A stretch of 64,000 nucleotides of DNA, taken from positions 124,001 through 188,000 of the forward strand of contig QPMI01000655.1 in the NCBI GenBank assembly GCA_004431415.1. Reading direction: 5' to 3'. The DNA comes from Cyanophora paradoxa CCMP329 (taxonomy: Eukaryota > Plantae > Glaucophyta). Shown one piece after another: positions 58,401-64,000 of this stretch; the first letter of the stretch is position 1, and the number at the start of each line of letters is the position of its first letter. The translations under genes and the position numbers were made by a program. The notes below the pieces were generated by a model. The model did no database searches, had not been told where the DNA came from, and worked only from the letters and a program-made list of their open reading frames with translations.

Positions 58401-61400
58401 CCGCCGCCGCCGCCGCCGCCGCCGCCGCGCCGCCGCCGGCCTGGGTGCGTTGCGTGTGGCGGACGTGCTCCATGTTGAGCTGGATGTGGTCCTTGGCGAG
58501 GCGCTGGCAGGCCTTGACGAGCTGCACGGCGAAGCGGTCCGCGTAGTCCGCCTGCCCGTTCGCCGAGACCAGCTTGAGCAGCAGCAGCGCCACTTGCAGC
58601 GTCGGCGTCAGAGGCGCCCGCCCCGCCGGCCCCGCCCCGCCAGGAGCCCCGGCCCCCGGAGCCGCAGCCCCCGAGGCCCCTCCAGCCGCCGCTGCCGGAG
58701 CGGCTGCGCCGGGCTCCTGCTTCACTTCCACAACGGGCGCTGCAGCGGCCGTGGCCGTGCCCGCCCCCGCCCCACCGCCGCCGCCGCAGCCGCAACAGCT
58801 GCCGCCGGAGCCGCCCCCGCGGCAGCCGGCGCCGCGGCCGGCGCGGCAGCGCCTGCAGGGGCCGCTGCCGCTCCCGCCGCAGCGCCGGCAGCAGCGGCGG
58901 CCGGCGCGGCGCCCGCCGGGGCCCCGGGAGCGGCGGCAGGGGCGCCGGGGGCGGCGGGGGCGGCGGGGACGAAGCCGTTGACGCAGTAGGCGTTGAGGCC
59001 GGCGCTAATGACGCCGTCGAAGCGCTCGTAGAAGGCGGCGAGGGGCGAAGCGGGGTCGGCGCTGGCGCGCGCCTCGGAGAAGGGGTGCGCGGCGAGCAGC
59101 TTGGAGATGAGGGAGGAGAGGGCGGCGAGGACGTCGGCCTTGTCGGAGGAGTAGCAGTGGAGGAAGATGGGGGCCATCGCGGCGAGGCCCTGCCTGACGA
59201 AGGCCTCGGGCTGGCGCTCGAGGCAGACCGAGGCGATCTCGAGGGCGGTGAGGACGCCGCTCGCCGCGTCCGCCGTCGAGGCGACGAGCTTCTCCAGGAA
59301 GGCGTACTTCATCTGCACCTCGGGCCACAGCGCCAGTGCCTTGCTCAGCAGCGAGAGGCACACGGGGCCCAGCTTCGGCTGGTGCGCCGCCGCCGCCGCC
59401 GCCGCAGCGGCCGCCGCAGCGGCCGCCTGCTGGGCGGAGCTGCTCTGGCCCTGCACGGCCTGCGGGGGCGCCGGCGTGTCGTTCGAGAGGAACGCCATGC
59501 GAACGAGGAAGATGACGAGCTGGCGGGGGCGACGTCAGGCGGGGGCGGGGCTGCGGCGGGGGCGGGGCCGCACCGCGTCGACGAGGTTCGGCGACATGCT
59601 CTCGTCGTCCTTCTTGGGGAGCCCGGGGGGCGCCCCGTCGGCAGCCCCCGGCGTGGGCGACGTGCTCTGCACGGGGGCCTGCCCCGGCGCGAGCCCGCCC
59701 TCGGTCTTCACGACGGGCGCTGCCGGCGCCGAGGGGGCGGCGCCGGCCTCGGTGCGGGCCTTCTTGGCGGCGTGCTCCTCGTCGGGGGCGCCCTCCGAGG
59801 CGCGCTTGGCCGCGCCCTCGGCCTCCTTGCCGCCGTCGATGGCCATCGGCTCGGGCTCGCCGCGGCGGCGGGCCTCCTCGGCGCGGGCGCGGGCCTCCTC
59901 GGCGCGGCGCTCCTCCCAGCGGATGACCAGCTCCGCGAGGTCGATGGCCAGCCTGCGGTTCTCCACGGGGGACGACTGGCTCGCCCCGAGCCGCCCCAGG
60001 CTGTTGATCATCGACCCGACGAACTGCATGCGGCACGGGTAGAAGAGGCCCGGGTGCCGGACGACGAGGTGGTAGATGTGCGCCAGGTGCGGCATCGAGT
60101 GGCCCTCCTCGATCAGCACCTTCTTCGTGTACCGGATCCAGATCGGGAAGCGCTGCTCCTTCTCGTCGTCCTTCTTCTGCGGCAGCTGCGGGCGCCAGCC
60201 CCGCATCAGCGGTAGGCCCCCTTGCGAGACGGGGCGGTGCGGGGGGAGCGGACGCGGAGGGGCAGGGCCGGGGTGAGGATGTCGAGGGCCTGGCGGACGA
60301 GGACCTTGGTCTCCGGCTGGCACGCCCGCAGCAGCGCCACGTACACCTGCCCCCGCCCTCAGCCCGCCCGCCCCGCCCTCCCGCAGCCGCCCACCGGCCC
60401 CGCACCTGGAGGATTATCTTGTCGGGGGCCTGGTAGGCCTCGAAGAAGCGGCAGACGTTGACGAAGGCCCACTGCTTGCTCGACGAGTCGTCCCGCTTCA
60501 GGTGCGACCACCCGAACTTGATGAGCTCCTTGCGGTGGTGCGTCAGCTCGTTCGGCAGGTGGCGGATGAGCAGCGTCGCGAGCTGCAGCAGCTCGCTCCG
60601 CAGCTGCTCGTCCGTCACCATGCCCCCGCTCGCCTCCGGCGCGTCCAGGATCTCCTTGACGATCTGCCGGGGGCGCGGCTCGGGGCTCGGGGCGGTGCGG
60701 GGCGGGGGCGGGGCCGAAGGAGGGAAGGAAGGCGCACGAGGGCGACGAGGTCCGGGGTGACGGTCGAGGCGCCCTCGCCCCGCTGGAAGGTCGCCGTCAG
60801 CGTCGGGATGACCAGGTGCTGCAGCGCCACGATCTTGTGCTCCACCGACACCGCGCTCGCCGGCTGCTTGAAGAAGGTCACGAAGCGGCGGATGATCATC
60901 TGCCGCACGTGCGTCGGGTACGTCTCCGGGATCGTCTTCGAGAAGAAGTTCTTCAGCGTCGTCCAGTCGTGCAGCGAGCGCTGCGCGGGCGGGGCGGGGG
61001 CGGAGTCAAAGGCAGCCGGGCGGGGCGGCGGCGGGGGCCGGGCGGGGATGGAGGGGGCGGGCGGGCGGGGGCACGTGGGTGAAGACGGAGAGGAGGTCGA
61101 AGAGGATGTCGACGTCGTCGGGCTTGGCGGCGACGTAGTTGAGGAGGCACTTGATCAGCGAGCGCGCCTCGCGCAGGTGCTCCAGCGGCACGCTCTCCTC
61201 CCGCGCCAGCCGCTCCCCGCGCTGCGGCGACGTCCACATCGCCAGCAGCTCCTTCACCAGCGCCGGCACCGTCGGCAGCCAGTCGGGGGCGAACTTGATG
61301 AGGATGCGGGTGATGAGGACGCCCTGCAGCGCCGCCTCGAAGTTGGCGGCCTGCGCCAGGGGCGTCCCCGGCGGCAGCTGGAAGGTGTGCGCGATGAGCT

Positions 61401-64000
61401 TGTCCACGTGCTTCATCAGCTGCTCGCGGAGCGGCCCCGCCGTCTCCGAGCGGAGGAGGCCGAGGAAGCAGCGGGCGTAGCCCGGGTCGCCCCCGATCCG
61501 CTTCAGGAAGAAGTCGGCGGCCTCGGGGGCGTACTTGTTGAGGTACTTGATGAGGGGCTCCCGGAAGGGGTCGTACGCGTCCCCCGAGACGGGGAGGCGG
61601 GGGAGGAGGGACTGGAGCTGGACGGTGAGCTGCGTGAGGGGCTCCAGGAACTTGACGGCGACGGGCGGGAGCAGGTGGAAGAGCCCGACGACCGCCGCCG
61701 CGATCCGCGTCTCCTCCCCGGCCCGCCAGATCTTCGCCTGCACGATCTTCTCGGGCTCGAGCCACTTGCGGAGGTGCTCGAGGAGCTTCTCGCCGAGGGT
61801 GACGTTGAACCAGGTGGAGAGGAGCTCGAGGAGGCGGGCGAGGCCCTCGAGGAGCGGCAGCGTCAGCTTCCGGTGGTCGGCGAGGTTCATGAGCACGGGC
61901 CGCAGCGAGTGCTGCAGGAGGTCCTTCGGGAGCTTTCCCTGGGCGAGGACCTGCTGGAGGCCGGCCTTGGCGACGCCGATCACGGCCTCCGAGCGCAGCG
62001 AGAGCGCCGCGAAGAAGACCCCGATCACCTTCCGCCGGATCTGCGCCCCGCCCGCCGTCGGCCGCCACGACGAGGCGAGGGGAGCGGGGGCGGCGGGGGG
62101 GCGGGGGAGGGGACCTCGTCCTGCTCGGCGCTGCGCATCTCGGGGCTGGAGATGGCGGCGACCATGAACTCCATGCAGGAGACGCGCATGGCGTCCCGCT
62201 GCTGCACGACCCGCGGGTTCGGGTGCGCGCTGTCGCCCTCAAACTTGGTGATCGTGATGACGTCGTTGAGGAGGGCGACGAGCTCCGGGGAGACGGGCAG
62301 GAGCGGGGGCTTGAGCTGCAGCAGGAAGGTCGCCGCCTCCATGGTCGCCATCTGCAGCGCCGGCTGCAGCGCCAGCACGCTCTTCTCGAAGAGGGCCCGC
62401 GCCAGGCGCTCCCGGTGCGGCTCCAGGAGCTCCGAGACCTCGCAGCCGCTGAGCTCGGCGAGGAGGCCGAGGGCGCTCTGCACGTGGCGCCGGGCCGCGG
62501 GGTGCGCGCAGCTGAGCTCCGAGGCGAGCGCCGAGACGACCTCCTGCATGGCGCCCTTGCCGGGCTCCTCGGCGGCGAGGGCGCGCAGGAGGAGCGTCAG
62601 CGTCTGCATCGCCTCCTCCCCGATGAACGACGCGAAGTCGATCGGCGTGTCCTTCAGCACGAAGAGGAGGGCCCCGACCAGCGCCCCCTGCTGCTCCCGC
62701 ACCCACGCCGCCGGCAGCTTCTGCACGAGGGCCGCCACGCCGAGGCAGCCGCCGCTCTTGACGAACCAGTCGCGGCCGCAGCAGCAGTGGGAGAAGCGGC
62801 GGGCGAGGTCGGCGGCGACGGCGCGGGCGTCGCGGCGGGAGTCAAGGAGGGCGGCGAGGGTGTCGAGGAAGGACTCGAGGGCGCGGAGTGCCGGCAGCGC
62901 CGCCTCCCGCCGCTCCGAGCAGAGGACGCGCACGACGGCGTCGAGGAAGAGCGCGGGGTCGAGCTCCGAGGCCCCCGCCGCCGCCAGCCCGGCCACCCGC
63001 GCCGCCGCGTACGCCGCCGCCTCCGGGCCGTCCCCGGGTGGCGGGAGGGCGGGGGGCGCGGGGCGCGGGGCGGCCTCGGAGAGGAGGAGGGCGACGTGGC
63101 GGGCGAGGTCCTCGAGGAAGGGCCCGGCCGCCTCCCGCGTCTCCGCCTCGCCGGCCGCCGCCATCACGCCGCACGCGAGCTCGACGAAGGCGTCGGCCTC
63201 GGCGCGCACCTGCTCCAGGGGCTTGCGGCCCTCGCGCCCCGCCTCCTCGACCTCCATCGCGTCGCCGGGCTCGCCGGCGGGGGCGAGGCCGAGGATTGTG
63301 TCGGCGGGGATGCGCAGGAGGGCGCAGGTGGCGTGCCGGAGGAAGGCGAAGGCCTGCTGCTTGACGTGCGCCGCCGCCTTGGGGTGCGCCAGCGCCGCCC
63401 GCGCCACGGGGACGCAGGCGTCCAGCGGCAGCGAGACCTCGCCCCGGTCGAGGGGCAGGAGGAGGCGGAGGGCCGCCTCCGAGGCCCCCCGCTGCTCCAG
63501 CGGCAGCGGCGCGTCCTTGAGGAAGCGCCGCGAGCGCCCGCCGAGCTTGCCCAGGAGCCGCAGCGAGACGGCGTTGAAGGGCGGGAAGGCGGCGGGGCGC
63601 ATCAGGCGCCAGAGGGCCTGCAGGATGTCCCCCATGTTCCGCGTGAGCACTGGCTCCAGGAAGTCCGCGTTCAGGTTGTCCACCCAGAACTCCAGCGTCC
63701 GCACCCCGAGGCTCGTCTGCCCCGCCGGCCCGAGTCAGGCGCGAGACGTCCACGACGCCAGGGGGGGGAGGGGCGGCGCACGAGGTCGGCGTTGTCCGAG
63801 GTGAGGGCCGCCACGACGGGCCGCACGAGCGCCGGCAGGTGCGGCAGCAGCGCCGAGATGCGCGCCGGGATCGTCAGGCTCAGCTCGATCGCCGCCTCCC
63901 GAACCGCCAGGCGGTGCGGGCCGGTCTGCAGCTTCAGCAGGCTCTCGAGCAGCGCTGCGGGCGGGCGGGCGGGGCGTCAGCGGGGGGGCGCGCGGGGCAA
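52428..64000 (-). CDS. TRRAP: TRRAP/Tra1 (PIKK pseudokinase; SAGA/NuA4 scaffold), 5' part outside window
   Basis: GVRTLEFWVDNL, RLLGKLGGRSR, LRPVLMNLADH, HRKELIKFGW, FAT domain (LWEEQWIEC..QLSQWD, TWKDRMPNKWD), PFRLTRNL, FATC end AMDPSWLPWF*. Confidence 0.95.

Noticed and set aside
1-64000. Most long Arg/Pro/Gly/Ala-rich ORFs in the six-frame track (e.g. 55564-58107 +, 60502-63804 +, 35012-37030 +)
   Set aside because: They are antisense or off-frame shadows of real spliced genes; stop codons are rare at this GC content.

Overview
This is a very GC-rich, intron-dense eukaryotic (protist/algal) nuclear region. The six-frame ORF track is mostly misleading because genes are split by many ~50-100 nt introns. 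Phe-containing plastid-type transit peptides, ciliary genes and an [FeFe]-hydrogenase point to a flagellated photosynthetic protist; a glaucophyte such as Cyanophora is my best inference, unverified. Genes read by manual splicing: SPAG8/FAP143-like (partial), aldo-keto reductase, CFAP96/C4orf47-like, short TTC25/ODAD4-like TPR protein, plastid-type HEAT-repeat membrane protein, two Lys-rich/acidic-tail proteins sharing a C-terminal module, UVRAG/VPS38, a small hypothetical, FAF1/C1orf131-like, GNAT acetyltransferase, ERG27/HSD17B7, PARP6/8-like with UBA, an [FeFe]-hydrogenase fused to a P450-reductase-like module, a TKL kinase, MPP6 and the 3' part of TRRAP/Tra1. A ~9.9 kb tandem duplication (31691-41552 = 41581-51473) with a templated junction insert doubles the hydrogenase and kinase. 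Highlights: (1) an F-cluster-less hydrogenase-flavodoxin-FAD/NADPH fusion with altered H-cluster motifs; (2) an apparently unannotated family of polybasic/polyacidic block proteins; (3) a very high share of GC-AG introns. Exon boundaries and family assignments come from manual reading and recalled motifs, not database searches.
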